Positions 13,690 through 28,887 of a DNA stretch of 64,000 nt are shown in pieces. The position numbers and the translations under genes were made by a program. Source of the DNA: Octopus sinensis (taxonomy: Eukaryota); assembly GCF_006345805.1 (NCBI RefSeq), contig NC_043002.1, positions 14,012,001-14,076,000 of the forward strand, read 5' to 3'. Under the pieces are notes generated by a model that searched no databases, was not told where the DNA came from, and saw nothing but the letters and a program-made list of their open reading frames with translations. How positions within the stretch are numbered: the stretch's first letter is position 1; each line of letters opens with the position of its first letter.

Positions 13690-14312
13690 TCTGAATGTTT
13701 ACCACACCATAGTGGGTTACGCCATGGTGCCTCTGCTTTGTTGCAGAAGTAGGAAGAAAGAGTGGGAGAAATTTGTGGTGAAATAGTACAGCGGGGTTCA
13801 ACATCACCACCTGCCGGAGCATCGTGGAGCTTAGGTGTTTTTGCTCAATAAACAATCACAATGTCCGGTCTGGGAATCGAAACTCCGTTCTTACGACCGC
13901 GAGTCCGCTGCCCTAACCATTGGACCATTGCGCCTCCTCTGCTGTTGCTGCTGCTGTTGAGCAAACGGTCTTCGTCCCAGAGCTCGCAAGGTGTGAGAAG
14001 TCCGAAACGTGGTCCTTTGCTATTCGTAACACCCGCAGAAGAGAAAGCAGTTCAACCCCGACACCGAGAGCATCGAAGGATGGATGAATGAGCATCCAGG
14101 CTTAGCGGTTACGTAGGAAGTCGGGGACAAGAAACAGGAAGAATGAGTGAGAGAAAGTTGGAGCGAAAGAGTACAATAGGAGTCGCCACCACCCCCTGCC
14201 GGAGCCTCGTGGAGCTTTAGGTGTTTTCGCTCAATATACACACACAACGCCCGGTCTGGGAATTGAAACCGCGATCCTCCGACCGCGAGTCCGCTGCCCT
14301 AACCATTGGGCC
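13690..14312 (-). mobile_element. Two adjacent tRNA-derived SINE copies (~13690-13938 and ~13950-14312)
   Basis: Heads ggaggcgcaatgg..cagtggttagggcagcggactcgcgg; shared body aaacacctaaagctccacga..ctccggcagg. Confidence 0.8.
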
Positions 14313-15011
14313 TAACCACATTTATGCAGTTGCTACAGCTGATGGCGACAAAGATGATGTTTTATATAGTATGTCGTTGTTGTGGTTGTTGTTGCAGATT
14401 AGACTCATTTCACCTCTCTTCCAGTTGGCCCATGATCAAAGGCGTTCCATGTGTGACCTCTCTGTGTTTTATTCAGATATTATGTATAGAATCTCCTTAT
14501 GCAGTTTATCCTTCCTATCTTCCTTCTTAAAAAATACAATTAATTTGATAGATATTTGGCTGCTATCTCCTGCATGTCAAGCGATTAAGTAAAGGTTCCC
14601 TTGCCGGTTAGTAAATTGGTTTTATTGCTGCTGGAGATATTTGTGAAGGTTGCAGAAATTGTTGCTGTCCAAACGACTGATTAAACAACCGATTAAAATG
14701 TCTGAAAATATTCTCATCGTTTCAAACTCTACGGTATTTGAATCAATGATACTAAGTATACGTTACACGAGCCATTGAGGGAATCTCTAGGTGGTCGTTG
14801 GCCCTGCGTGACGTAGGAAGCAAATCTCATCATGCCGCAGTTTAATGATTGAACAAGTATGACTGAACAAGTAAAGGATAAAACATAATATAAGTTTGCG
14901 CGTCTGTCTATTATTTACACACACATGTTTGTAGGAATGTTTCTGTGCGGTTGTGTTCTGGGCGATCATAACATTCGTTACAATATTTAATATATAATAT
15001 TTATTTTTCAT

Positions 15012-15460
15012 AAGACGGTGAGCTGGCAGAAACGTTAGCACGCCGGGCCAAATGCTTAGCGGTATTTCGTATGCCCTTACATTCTGAGTTCAAATTCCGC
15101 CGAGGTCGACTTTGCCTTTCATCCTTTCGGGGTCGATTAAATAAGTACCAGTTACGCACTTGGGTCGATGTAATCGACTTAATCTGTGTGTCTGTCCTTG
15201 TATGTCCTCTCTGTGTTTAGCCCCTGGTGGGTAGTAAAGAAATAGGTATTTCGTCTGCTGCTAAGTTCTGAGTTCAAATTCCGCCGAGGTCGACTTTGCC
15301 TTTCATCTTTTTGGGGTCGATTACATAAGTACCAGTTACGCACTGGGGTCGATTAAATAAGTACCAGTTACGCAGTGGGGTCAATATAATCGACTTAATC
15401 AGTTTGTCCGTCCTTGTTTGTCCCCTCTATGTTTTAGCCCTTGTGGGCAGTAAAGAAATA
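15012..15460 (+). mobile_element. SINE dimer (184-bp-unit family)
   Basis: Head gagctggcagaaacgttagcacg followed by two units gtatttcgt..gagttcaaattccgccgaggtcgac..gtaaagaaata. Confidence 0.85.
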
Positions 15461-15704
15461 AGATTGAAAGATTTAGATAAATAGATAGATAGATATTCAA
15501 ATGAGTCATCACAAATACGTATTTTTTAAAGCCTGGTACTTATTCTATGGTTTAATGTTTCCCGATCTATTACGGGGACATAAGCAAACCATCGTCGGTT
15601 GTTTAAGCGGCGGTGGGAAACAATGCAGAAACAAAAGCTCATATAAGTGTGAGTGTGTGTGTGTATAATGTATATATTTATACATATATATGTGTTATAT
15701 ATAT

Positions 15705-15747
<43 letters not shown>

Positions 15748-16924
15748 ATATACAGATAGATAGATAGATAGATAGATAATTAAATAGATAGATAGATAGA
15801 TAGATTGATAGATATACACGAGTGAGAAGACAAACGAACGGATGGCACTCCACACATTTATTGGGCGTTACACGCATAGATCAAAACAGTTTGACTCAGA
15901 CTCCTTGGAGCTATGGCGTTCAAGCATGTGGTCTTCGGTCATTGGGGTCTGAATGAGATTTCGATTGAAGAGAATCAATGTTTATTACTCGAAGTTATCT
16001 TGCGATTGGTCAAGAAAGTTCACGTGAGATTTATCAACTTTTCCATGCATCTTGCCTTGTGTTAAACCAGTCACAGTGGTAATCGCATTTGCCCTTGAAT
16101 GAGTTATTGCTTTCTTTTCCCATGCGATCCCACTATTTCGATATCCACGATTCTGAAAGTGGGTAAAAAAAATACCTGCTTCATTTCTTAATTTCTCTGA
16201 TATATTAAGCAATTCTCTACAATTTTAATTGATGTATTGCGGTGGCAGATTTTGGTTAATAGGTCCCTCTCCTTTATATTGCTGTGAAAATTCTATCTTT
16301 TGCTGCTAATTCATTTTCGTTGCATAATGGTATGATATTAATTCCTTTTTTTTAGTTCTCGAATTCCCACTTCAATATAACCGCTCTTATTGTTGCTGCT
16401 GTCGATTTAATTATCCTTCTTTTATTGAACATGTCCCCTTTGGTGCTCGCCTCATGTTATTTTCTCAGTTTATTATTATATTATTGTTCTATTATGCATT
16501 TTCTCATAAAGTGTTCTTGTTCTTATTGTTCTCGGTTTCATTGTTCCACACAAAAAAAAAACCCAAAAAGACAGCAAACCCCAAATTCCAACTACATACA
16601 CATGGTTGCTTCATTCATTTCACTCCTTGAAATGAGTTCTTTTTTTACTTCAGATTCATCGCCATTGTAATAGAAAAATATATTATTTTCTTAACAAACA
16701 AAGCTGGTAGATGACAACGCACTCAAATGTGGTTTCTTCCTTGAACCTGTGTCAATACGCCGCAGGAATTAAACAATTGATTTTTTTTTTAAAGGACTTC
16801 AACACACAACAAAAAAATATTTTACCGTATTTTGCTTTCATTTAAAATCTTGGAGTGAAATTTGTTTGACGAGAAACCGAAAAATATAAGCAAAAATCAA
16901 CTCTGTCTCCTACTCTCATCCACC

Positions 16925-16961
16925 TCCTCGTCGTCGTCGTCGTCCTCCTCCTCCCCCTCGC

Positions 16962-17001
<40 letters not shown>

Positions 17002-17026
17002 CGCCGCCGCCGCCGCCACCACCACC

Positions 17027-17100
<74 letters not shown>

Positions 17101-17135
17101 TGCTACTACTACTACTACGGACAGCAGCACCAGCA
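16925..17135. repeat. Compound trinucleotide microsatellite (TCG/TAC/CGC/CAC/TGC)
   Basis: Direct inspection. Confidence 0.9.
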
Positions 17136-17714
17136 GTCCCTCAACATCACCAATAAATATAGTTTCAAACTTTGGTTCATGGCTAGGAATTTTTGAGGGG
17201 AAGAGGATATCAATTACAGCGATCCTAGTTAGTACTTGAGAGGGGTTGCTTATACTATCGCCTCCGAAAGATTGAAAAGCATAGTCGACCACGTTAAAAT
17301 TCGAACTCAGAACGTAAAGAAGAACAAATTGTCGCTAAACATTTCCTCCAGCGTGTTAATGTTTCTCCCAAGAGACAGTCTCATAGCGATTTGAACTCAT
17401 ATCGGAAAGTGCCGGGACAAACTCTGCAAGATATTTTGTTCGATGTTCTAGCAATTCCGACAATCAGCGCAGATGATGATGATGATGATGATGATGAATA
17501 TGATGATCCTTTCTACCAGATGTAAGTGGCCTCATCCTGTCTACTATAGGCGCAAGTCCTATAGTACTACACAGGTATGATGCTACTCGATTACATAGAG
17601 CTCCATACTTGGAAGGTGGAAGGCAAAGTCGACCTTGGCGGAATTTGAACTCCGAAAATAGAGACGAACACAATGCCGTTAGCAGCGCCCTAAGGAGTAT
17701 GCTAGCTTCTCGCC

Positions 17715-19030
<1,316 letters not shown>

Positions 19031-19039
19031 CGTGAGGCT

Positions 19040-19269
19040 TTACTCTATTACTCTTTTACTCTTTTACTTGTTTCAGTCATTTGACTGCGGCCATGCTGGA
19101 GCACCGCTTTTAATCGAGCAACTCGACCCCGGGACTTATTCTTTTGTAAGCCCAGTACTTATTCTATCGGTCTCTTTTGCCGAACCGCTAGGTAACGGGG
19201 ATATAAACACACCAGCATCGGTTGTCAAGCAATGCTAGGGAGACAAACACAGATACACAAACACACACA

Positions 19270-19308
<39 letters not shown>

Positions 19309-19529
19309 GACGAGCTTCTTTCAGTTTCCGTCTACCAAATCCACTCACAAGGCTTTGGTCGGCCCGAGGCTATAGTAAAAGACACTTGCCCAAGGTGCCA
19401 CGCAGTGGGACTGAACCCGGAACCATGTGGTTGGTAAACAAACTACTTACCACACAGCCACTCCTAGTGGGACTGAACCCGGAACCATGTGGCTGGTAAA
19501 CAAACTACTTACCACACAGCCACTCCTGC
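19040..19529 (-). mobile_element. tRNA-derived SINE (CORE-like segment, internal TA/CA repeat) with duplicated 5' end
   Basis: Minus ggagtggctgtgtggtaag..gggttcagtcccactgcgtggcaccttgggcaagtgtctt..aagtaaaagag tail. Confidence 0.88.
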
Positions 19530-19530
19530 T

Positions 19531-19639
<109 letters not shown>

Positions 19640-19656
19640 TAATAATAATAATAATC

Positions 19657-19693
<37 letters not shown>

Positions 19694-19695
<2 letters not shown>

Positions 19696-20505
19696 GACAA
19701 AGAAAAATCCCAGCAATGGTTGAGAAGCTCAGGACTCAAAGCAGAAACAGAGGGATTTTTAATTGCAGCACAAGACTTAAGCCTCCCCACCAGAAATTAC
19801 CAAAAACATGTAATGAAAAGAAATATTACAAGTAACTGCAGAATATGTGGAGATGGACAAGAAACAATAAATCATATTATCTCTAGCTGCCCAGTCCTGG
19901 CTAAGAAGGAATATATTCACAGACATGACAGAGTTGGAACCTACATACATTGGAAGCTATGCCAACATTATGGAATAACAACAGAAAAAAGATGGTATAG
20001 GCACACACCAGAAAAGGTCACAGAAAACGAGAAAGCAACCATACTCTGGGATATGCCGATACACACAGATAGAGAAATTAAGGCCAACAGACCAGATATA
20101 GTTGTCAGAGACCATGAAGAAAAAAAATGCTTTCTAATTGATGTATCAATACCGGCAGATGACAACGTGTCTCTAAAAGAAATGGAGAAACTCTCAAAAT
20201 ACAAAGACCTGGAAATAGAAGTAACTAGAATGTGGAATCTGAAAACAGAAACAATTCCTATCATAGTAGGTGCATTAGGCATGATAAAAAAATATTCAGA
20301 CAAATACATAACAAAAATACCAGGACTTACAAACACATATAACATACAGAAAATTGCACTAATAGGCACTGCACACATCCTACGCAGAACACTTTCCATA
20401 CAATAACCATCAGAGCATCACAACAACTCACAGCACATACCTAAGGCACACAGAGCTGCGCTCGGTAGTGAAGTGAAAGCACACTATAAACATAAAACTA
20501 CTGAA
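19694..20505 (+). mobile_element. RLE non-LTR retrotransposon 3' fragment with open ORF end (to 20406)
   Basis: WLRSSGLKAETEGFLIAAQD, zinc knuckle CRIC..ETINHIISSCP, RHD, RPDIV..IDVSIP..EKLSKY; (TAA)n on both sides. Confidence 0.92.
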
Positions 20506-20507
20506 TG

Positions 20508-20585
<78 letters not shown>

Positions 20586-20596
20586 TAATAATAACA

Positions 20597-22222
20597 ATGA
20601 TATCGGAATGGATTTTGGCCTTGATAAGTGTGCTAAAGCAACTTTTGTAAGAGGCAAGCTCAGGCTAACAGCTTCTGTTAAATTAGATATTGACACTACC
20701 ATCAAGGAACTTGACCCACAAGAAAGTTACAAATACCTAGGAATCAACGAAGGAGATGGTATACATCATGCTACTATGAAGGAAAAAAATAAGAAAGGAA
20801 TACTATAGGAGTATAAGGCTTGTACTGAAGACTGAACTCAACTCCAAAAATTGCATTGAGGCCATTAACACCCTGGCACTTCCAGTAGACCAGTACAGTT
20901 TTAACATTAACTGGAACCTTACGGAACTCCAACGCTTGGACAGGAAGACAAGAAAATTACTGACATCCAAGAACATGCACCACCCTAAGGCAGATGTAGA
21001 CCGCCTGTACCTACCTAGAAGCAGCGGTGGGGAGAGGAATGATGCAATTAGAGCTGTGCTATAAGACCTCCAATGTAGGAATGAACAGGTACCTATCTAG
21101 TACAAAGGACTGGATGCTGCGACTTGTGTGCGAACACGAAAGCAGCAAAAAGCTGCATTCTATTGTCAATGAAGCTTATAAATTTGAAAGGGAACTAGAC
21201 ATTAACCTTGAATCAGATGAAGAGCCGGAAACCACTGCTACCACGCAAGCAAAACGAATCAAGCAGACTGCAAAAAAGAACGGGCAGAATCAAATTGAGA
21301 GGCGGTGGAGCCAGAAGCCCCTGCATGGACAATATATTCTCCGAAGCCAAAATGCTGATGTAGACCAAACAACAACCCATCAGTGGCTGAAGAGTTCAGG
21401 ATTGAAAGCAAAGACTGAAGGCTTCATACTGGCAGCACAAGATCAAAGCTTGTTTACCAGAAATTATCAGGCTAACGTTCTCCGAAACGATACTGACCCT
21501 AAATGCAGATTCTGCGACACATTTGACGAAACGATAGACCATCTCGTTTCAGGATGTCCTGTGCTGACACCAAACGAATACAAAAGTCGCCACGATAGGG
21601 TAGGACAGTATATACATTGGAAGATATGTAAACACTACAAATTCGGCACTCCTGCTAACTGATATGAACACCATCCTCAGCCAGTTGTTGAAGGTAAAAA
21701 TGTCACCATCCTCTGGGATTTTCCAGTCAACACTGACAGAACGATCAAGGCTAATCGACCAGACATAATTGATAAAGACAGGGAAGAAAATACCTGCAGA
21801 CTAATAGAGGTAAGCGTCCCCACTAATAAAAATATATCTGTAAAGGAATTTGACAAACTTAGTAAATATAAGGACCTGGAAATCGAAATACAAAAGATGT
21901 GGAATCTTAAAACAAAAACTGTTCCTGTTATTGTAGGTGCCCTAGGTATCATAAAAATGGGATGTCAGAAACACCTAGACAATATCCCTGGAGAACCATG
22001 TCGCAAGGAAATCCAAAAGATTGTGCTGACAAGTATTGCCCACAGCCTTAGAAAAACCCTATCAATGTAAATGTTTGTGTTGCATTACATGAAGATATTT
22101 CTCTACTTCCCCTCCCCAAGCTTTCAGCTATATTTCAACAACTCTTAACCTTCACTTGCCCTAGGGCGCTGGGTGTGCCCCGGCAAGTGATTGCATCAAA
22201 CATGCAGATTAAAAGTAAATGA
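20597..22222 (+). mobile_element. RLE non-LTR retrotransposon 3' fragment (RT C-terminus, knuckle, RLE)
   Basis: IGMDFGLDKCA, YKYLGI, RLYLPRS.GGRG, AAQDQ, CRFC..ETIDHLVSGCP, RHD, NRPDI; frameshifts; ORF ends at 22070; (TAA)n flanks. Confidence 0.92.
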
Positions 22223-23261
22223 CAATAATAATAATAATAATAATAAAGATAATATTTTCCATATAGGCACGAAACCTATAAAGTGAGAGTGGTCATTCTG
22301 TTCAGCACTCTGTCTCTGTTAATCATTATCCACTCACAAGCAACAGTAAGAATTTCAAGGAATTAATGAAGTAAGGAATTTGTGAAAATATTGTAAGTAT
22401 TTTTCTAGCTTGAAAGCATAAATGAACTCATCCTCATCTAATATTTAAATATTACTTCAAATACATTTAAATATCATTTGAGAGTAATATTTGAAGTTAT
22501 TGTGATTCCTGTCACATATCGAGAATAAACAGTAAACATTAAATTGAAATTAACTTTCATAGTTTTAACGAACAGACAGCACATTATCAAAGGCCAAGTA
22601 TTTTCACATATGAATTAATTGTAAAGGTCGTATTTGTAACATATATACCAATTACCAAAGAGAATGGTCACAAATAAACGGCTGCTATTAATTGTATCTA
22701 TAAAGTTTTCAAATTTGTTTATACACGGATCAGTGTGATTACACGGTTTGAAAGAAATTATCTGCAGCCCCAGAAAGCGTTCAACAAACGAAACACAAAG
22801 GCGTCAAACTTGTCAATGGAAAACCTAACTACACATATAAACTTAGAGTAAAGTCAAATCTAAGTTTTATGCTTTACACGTCTTCCGCTTCTTGGTTTGT
22901 AGCAAGGCTAAGACGCTGCATTGAAGGGTTTATACAACTAAATTGGCCCCTGGAATTTCTTATTTTAATGTCTGCTATTTATCGTCTCTTTCTCTTTTGC
23001 CGAAGTCCTACGTTACGGGGACATAAACAAACACCGTTTTACTTCTGGGAATTCCCTTCTGATCTAACGAATTGTTCCAACTAAACTGTAGTTTTTTTTC
23101 TGGAGCTGTAACAGATATGCAATTACTCAATTATAAACGAAAGCGGAAGCCGATAAAATAAGTACCAGTTGAGCACTCGTGTCGATGTTATCATTCTGCC
23201 CTTCCTCTTTAAATTGCTGGCCTTGTGATAAAATTTGAAACCGATATTTAGAAGAAAAGTA

Positions 23262-23847
23262 AAGCTGTGAGCTGGCTAAACTTTAGCACGCTGGGTAAAA
23301 TGCTTAGCCGTATTTCGTCTGCCGTTACGTTCTGAGTTCAAATTCCGCCGAGGTCGACTTTGCCTTTCATCGTTTCGGGGTCGATTAAATAAGTACCAGT
23401 TACGCACTGGGGTCGATATATTCGACTTAATCCGTTTGTCTGTCCTTGTTTGTGCTCTCTGTGTTTAGCCCCTTGTGGGTAGTAAAGAAATAAAAATAGG
23501 TATTTCGTCTGTCTTTACGTTCTGAGTTCAAATTCCGCCGAGGTCGACTTTGCCTTTCATTCTTTCGGGGTCGATAAATGAAATAGCAGTTACACACTGG
23601 GGTCGATGTAATCGACTTAATCCGTTTGTCTGTCCTTGTTTGTCCTCTCTGTGTTTAGCCCCTTGTGGGTAGTAAAGAAATTAGTATTTCGTTGTCTTCA
23701 TGTTCTGAGTTCAAATTCCGTCCAGTTCGACTTTGCTTTGCAAGTTTTCATGGTCGATAAAATAAGTACCAGTTGATCACCGGGGTCGATGTAATTGTCT
23801 TAATTCCCCCTAAAGGATTGCTTGCTCTATACCAAAATTTGAAACCA
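23262..23847 (+). mobile_element. SINE multimer: two 184-bp-family units plus a third unit with a different tail
   Basis: Units start at ~23310, ~23500 and ~23684; the last ends ccaaaatttgaaacc. Confidence 0.8.
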
Positions 23848-24289
23848 ACATCTAAAATGAAAGTCACACTCCCAAAAACTGTGGATTAATAATATGCATT
23901 ATCGTCTCGTGAGAGACGATAATTTCATATTTCTGTTTATCGTAGCATACATTTGGCCAGAATTATATGTAATACAAATAATAATTGTGAAAAAAAATCC
24001 ATGAATTCTTTTCCTCAAGGATTTTAGAAAACATAATTATATATTTTGAGGGAAAAGTAACAAGATACATGTAATATGTTTTATATCAAACATTTCTGTT
24101 GCTTTTATTCATATTTCACTATTAAAACTTCGTGTTTACTGCAAGAATGTTGTTTTGGGTTATTACCTGTTAATTACAAAAAGCTGATTAGTTATATCTC
24201 TAGGCTGAGAAGAAGGAAATTACCTTCTCTTTTATGAATCGGCTCATTACCTTTTTTCCTCTGGTTCTTCCTCCTATTAGTTAGCAGTA

Positions 24290-24510
24290 TCCTCGTCTTC
24301 GTCATCATCATCATCATCACCACCATCATTATCATCGCCTTCTTCTTCTTCTTCTTCTTCTTCTTTTTCTTCTTCTTCTTCTTCTTCTTCTTCATCTTCC
24401 TCTTCTTCTTCTCTTCTTCTTCTTCGTCTTCTTCTTCTACTTCTTCTTCTTCTGCCCTTCTGCTCTTCCTCGTCCGCCTCCGCCTCCTCCTCCTCCTCCT
24501 CCTCCTTCTG
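24290..24510. repeat. Compound (CAT)/(CTT)/(CTC) microsatellite
   Basis: Direct inspection. Confidence 0.9.
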
Positions 24511-24735
24511 CAACAGGTTTTTCCCCTTCATTATCTGGCTGAATGTTTAGCGCGTCAGACAATATGCTTACCAGCAATTTTTCCGATTCATTACGTTCTG
24601 AGTTCAGATTCTACCGAGGTTGAATTTCCCTTCTATCCTTTTGTGGCCGATCAAATATATACGAGTAGAATACTTCGGTCGATGTAATCAACTTATCTTT
24701 GATTCCGAAATTGCCGGCCTTGTGTCAAAATCTTA

Positions 24736-24795
<60 letters not shown>

Positions 24796-25367
24796 GCCTT
24801 TGCACAGTTTCTAACGCTAGAGATGTACTACAGTGTCAGCTGTTCACTATCAGTGAACTAATGTAATATCTCTTAATTTTCGAGCACCTTCCGGAATATT
24901 CGAGCGGTTCCAAGCAGTGATGTTTTCTGAAAGTACTCAACTCTTATTACAGCCCTATTTGTTCCATGTACTTCTCAAGATTTTTACTCATTGTTCCTAG
25001 GGTTACGAAAATTATTGTTATTTCTTCTATTTTTTTCATCGCCCATAACTGCTTAACCTCCCAAACTAACCTATCATATCGATTGACTTTTCTTTCTTCT
25101 TTATCGCATACCTTGTTGTCAGCTGGGTATGCTATATCTATGATCCAGCATAGTTTGCTCTCTTTCTCAATTAAGACTATGTCTGACTTCCTATACTCTA
25201 TCTCATGATCGCACTGAATCAAAAAGTCCCACAAGATCTTTACATTATCATTTTCGATTATGCCTTCGGGTTTGTGGTCGTACCACTGTCAAGTCCATAC
25301 TTGTTGTAAAGTGTCCAATGGACAAGCCTTTCTATATTGTCGTGGCGTCTCTTATATTCCTTCTGGG
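24796..25367 (-). mobile_element. RLE non-LTR 3' fragment (family shared with 27630 and 30730 copies)
   Basis: WDFLIQCDHEIE.RKSDIVLI..CWIIDIA.P.D...ERKV.RY; shared 3' UTR gcctttgcacagtttct..tactacagtgtcagctgttcact; (TTA)n flanks. Confidence 0.85.
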
Positions 25368-25798
25368 TGTTGTTGTTGTTATTATTATTATTGTTGTTAT
25401 TATTATTATTATGTTTCTCTTGGATGCAAATACTTAGAATAGAATTTAGGAATCTTATAACAGTGGAGCGTTTGTGACACCGAAGTTTTAACCTCAGGTC
25501 AATATATCAGGACGCAGTAAGAAATAACAAGACCATTGATCCAAAATGCGATATCACGGTGTCCTCCTGGACATCTATGCCGTTTACACTCATTTAGGTC
25601 GATCCTGAACGAAAGGCATGGCCGCAGGTCCGAAATCCATGTAATTTGACTTGTGCTGTAAAGGTCTTTGAAATATTGAGACTAGAGGTCAATTCTGCTG
25701 CAAAACGTAGAAAATAGATTCTTCCAGACTCCTGGAGGCACTCGTTGGAGTATATCATTCCGTAACGTTAGTGGCAGGACACAAACCTGTGTGAGAAT

Positions 25799-26400
25799 TA
25801 AGGCGGCGCGCTGGTAGAAAAGTTAGCACGCCGGGCGAAATGTGTTGCCGTATTTCGTCTGCCGTTACGTTCTGAGTTCAAATTCCGCCGAGGTCGACTT
25901 TGCCTTTCATCCTTTCGAGGACGATAAATTAAATACCAGTTACGCACTGGGGTCGATGTAATCGACTTAATCCATTTGTCTGTCCTTGTTTTTCCTCTCT
26001 GTGTTTAGCCCCTGGTGGGTAGTAAAGAAATAGGTATTTCGTCTGCGGTTACGTTCTGAGTTCAAATTCCGCCGAGGTCGACTGTGCCTTTCATCCTTTC
26101 GAGGTCGATAAATTAAGTACCAGTTACGCACTGGGGTCGATATAATCGACCTTATCCGTTTGTTTGTCCTTGTTTGTCCTCTCTGTGTTTAGCCCCTGGT
26201 GGGTAGTAAAGAAATAGGTATTTCGTCTGCGGTTACGTTCTGAGATCAAATTCCGCCGAGGTCGACTTTGCCTTTCATCCTTTCGAGGACGATAAATTAA
26301 GTACCAGTTACGCACTGGGGCCGATGTAATCGACTTAATCCGTTTGTCTGTCCTTGTTTGTCCTCTCTATGTTTAGCCCCTTGTGAGCAGTAAAGAAATA
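25799..26400 (+). mobile_element. SINE trimer with 18-bp TSD
   Basis: Head plus 184-bp units at 25850, 26034 and 26218; TSD acaaacctgtgtgagaat at 25781-25798 and 26401-26418. Confidence 0.92.
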
Positions 26401-27354
26401 ACAAACCTGTGTGAGAATAGCCATTATGTGCTGGGGTACATTAACCTTTAAACATTCATCTGTATTTCAAACGTTTGACTGGTTCTGCCGCCATTTCGAT
26501 AATGTGCTAATGTGAACTTGAAGAAATCCCGGTGGTCATTCGAGTTCTAATCCTGGAAATAGATAGGAGTACTAGAAACAGGATGTAGTTGGATAGTTTA
26601 ATATTGAATTCGTATAATCTTCAGCATCTTAGAAAATAGTGATAGTCGTTAACTCTGAAGCCTTCCATATGGACCTAGAAAACGTCTGATTCAGGTGACG
26701 AGGCAGACGAAATTGGCTCCATATATTTGCTGCAATTCAAATACACTTTTGTGCAGCCATGAAGTGTAATTCACTCAGCGGCCGCCAGGTGTTGTTCTAG
26801 GAGCACTACGCAAACAAGCATTAACCTTTAACATCCCCAATCTCTTCAAATCGCTAATTAGATCCTGATATTTCTCAATTTTAAAGAATTCCTTTGGTAT
26901 CAACCCCATAATTATTTGGCCTCGCATTTTTCATTTTTTGGCCTCTATCACCATATCTAGTTTTCTTGTTTCTTTATGGGGAAATTTGCTAAAGCCATAT
27001 AATTATCATTGTAAATCACAACTTTTGGCTCCTTCTCACCCTACTACATTCTCTACTTTGAATCGACACACTTGGCTGACATCCTAATGCAATATTTGAG
27101 CAAGCTTAGAGCATTCACTTAACAGATGGTCGATATCATATTTTTATGAAATTGTAGAATCGTTACCGGGACTGTCAAAATGATTCGCGACTTTTCGTCT
27201 GTCATTACGATCGGAGTTCAAATCACGCCAAGGTCAAATTTATTTTTCGTTCTTTCCTGAAATAGGTCCCAGTCAAACACTGAAGTAGATTTAATCGACT
27301 TACATCTCTTCCAAAATTGCTGGCCTTGTGAAATATTTCTAACTAATCACCATC

Positions 27355-27396
<42 letters not shown>

Positions 27397-27480
27397 GTTA
27401 TTATTACTATTATTATTATTATTACTATTCTTCTTCTTCTTCTTCTTCTTCTTCTTCTTCTTCTTCTTCTTCTTCTTCTT

Positions 27481-27568
<88 letters not shown>

Positions 27569-27569
27569 T

Positions 27570-27600
<31 letters not shown>

Positions 27601-27627
27601 TTATTATTATTATTATTAATATTATTA
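27355..27627. repeat. (TTA)n/(TTC)n compound microsatellite
   Basis: Direct inspection. Confidence 0.95.
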
Positions 27628-27629
27628 AA

Positions 27630-28505
27630 CTATTGTCGTTGCACAGCTGCTAACTGGTACTACAGCTGGTACTACAGTGCCAGCTGTTCACTACCAGAGA
27701 AGTAAGTTAACACTCCTTATTTTTCAAGCACCATCGGGAGTATTCGTGCGGTTCCAAGCAGTGCTGTTTTCTGCAAGTGCTCTACCTTTATTGCAACCCC
27801 TATTTGTTCAATGTACTTCTCAAGATTATTACCCACTGTTTCCGGGGCTCCGACAATTATTGGTTCCTCTACCACCTTTATCAGAAGCCACAACTACTTA
27901 ACCTCCCAATCTAACCTGTCATATCCATTGACTTTTCTTTCTTCCTTATCACACACCTTGTTGTCAGCTGGGCATGCTATATCTATGATCCAGCGTCTTT
28001 TAATTTCTTTGTCAATTAACACTATGTCTGACTCCCTATTGTCTATCTCATGGTCGCACTGAATCATAGAATACCATAGGGTATTTACACTATCATTTTC
28101 GATGATGCCTTAGGATTTATGTTCGTACCACATTTTTTGCGCTGTCAGGTCCTTACTTGTTGCAAAGTGTCCAATGGACAAGCCTTGCTATATTGTCGTG
28201 GCGTCTTTTATATTCCTTCTGGGCTAGAGGCTTACATTGATTGGTAATATACCCTACAGTTTCACCATCTTATCAAAAAATTCTGCATTTGGCACTTTCT
28301 GTTGTGTTGTCTATTCTGTATTTGAATTAATTTGTTCTTAATGCTTGCTCTTGGGCAGCACAGATTGGAGTTTCCGCTTCCGTCTATAAATCACTTTTAG
28401 GCTATATATCCTTTTCTATATCCACCTATTTTCAGTTTCATTCATTTTCACCTGCTTGTACATTGCTTTATCTTTGCAATCTTCCATTACCTTTAGTAGA
28501 ACGGA
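27630..28505 (-). mobile_element. RLE non-LTR 3' fragment, decayed
   Basis: ETPICAAQEQALRTN, KEYKRRHDNIARLVHWTLC, CDHEID..SDIV, LQKTALLGTAR. Confidence 0.85.
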
Positions 28506-28519
28506 TTAATTATTATTAC

Positions 28520-28558
<39 letters not shown>

Positions 28559-28623
28559 CATTATTATTACTATTATTATTATTATTATTACTATTATTAT
28601 TATTACTATTATTATTATTATTA

Positions 28624-28670
<47 letters not shown>

Positions 28671-28691
28671 TATATTATTATTATTATTATT

Positions 28692-28854
28692 CTATGTTTG
28701 ACTTTTGCTTTATGTCTCTACAAGTTGGCTCCAAGTCTCACCCAGAGACCTCAAGAGACAAAAGGTTGGAAGTTCTGTGCCATATATTTGGTTTTTTTTT
28801 CCTTTTTTTCTTTTTTTTTTGTGTTGTACTAGTGAATGTCTAATACATAAAAAT

Positions 28855-28887
<33 letters not shown>

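Noticed and set aside
25850-26400. CRISPR-like array, or a ribozyme in the 184-bp units
   Set aside because: No unique spacers, eukaryotic context, and no hammerhead core on either strand
25440-27170. Decayed LINE fragment around the SINE trimer
   Set aside because: Only faint resemblance; no diagnostic motif recovered
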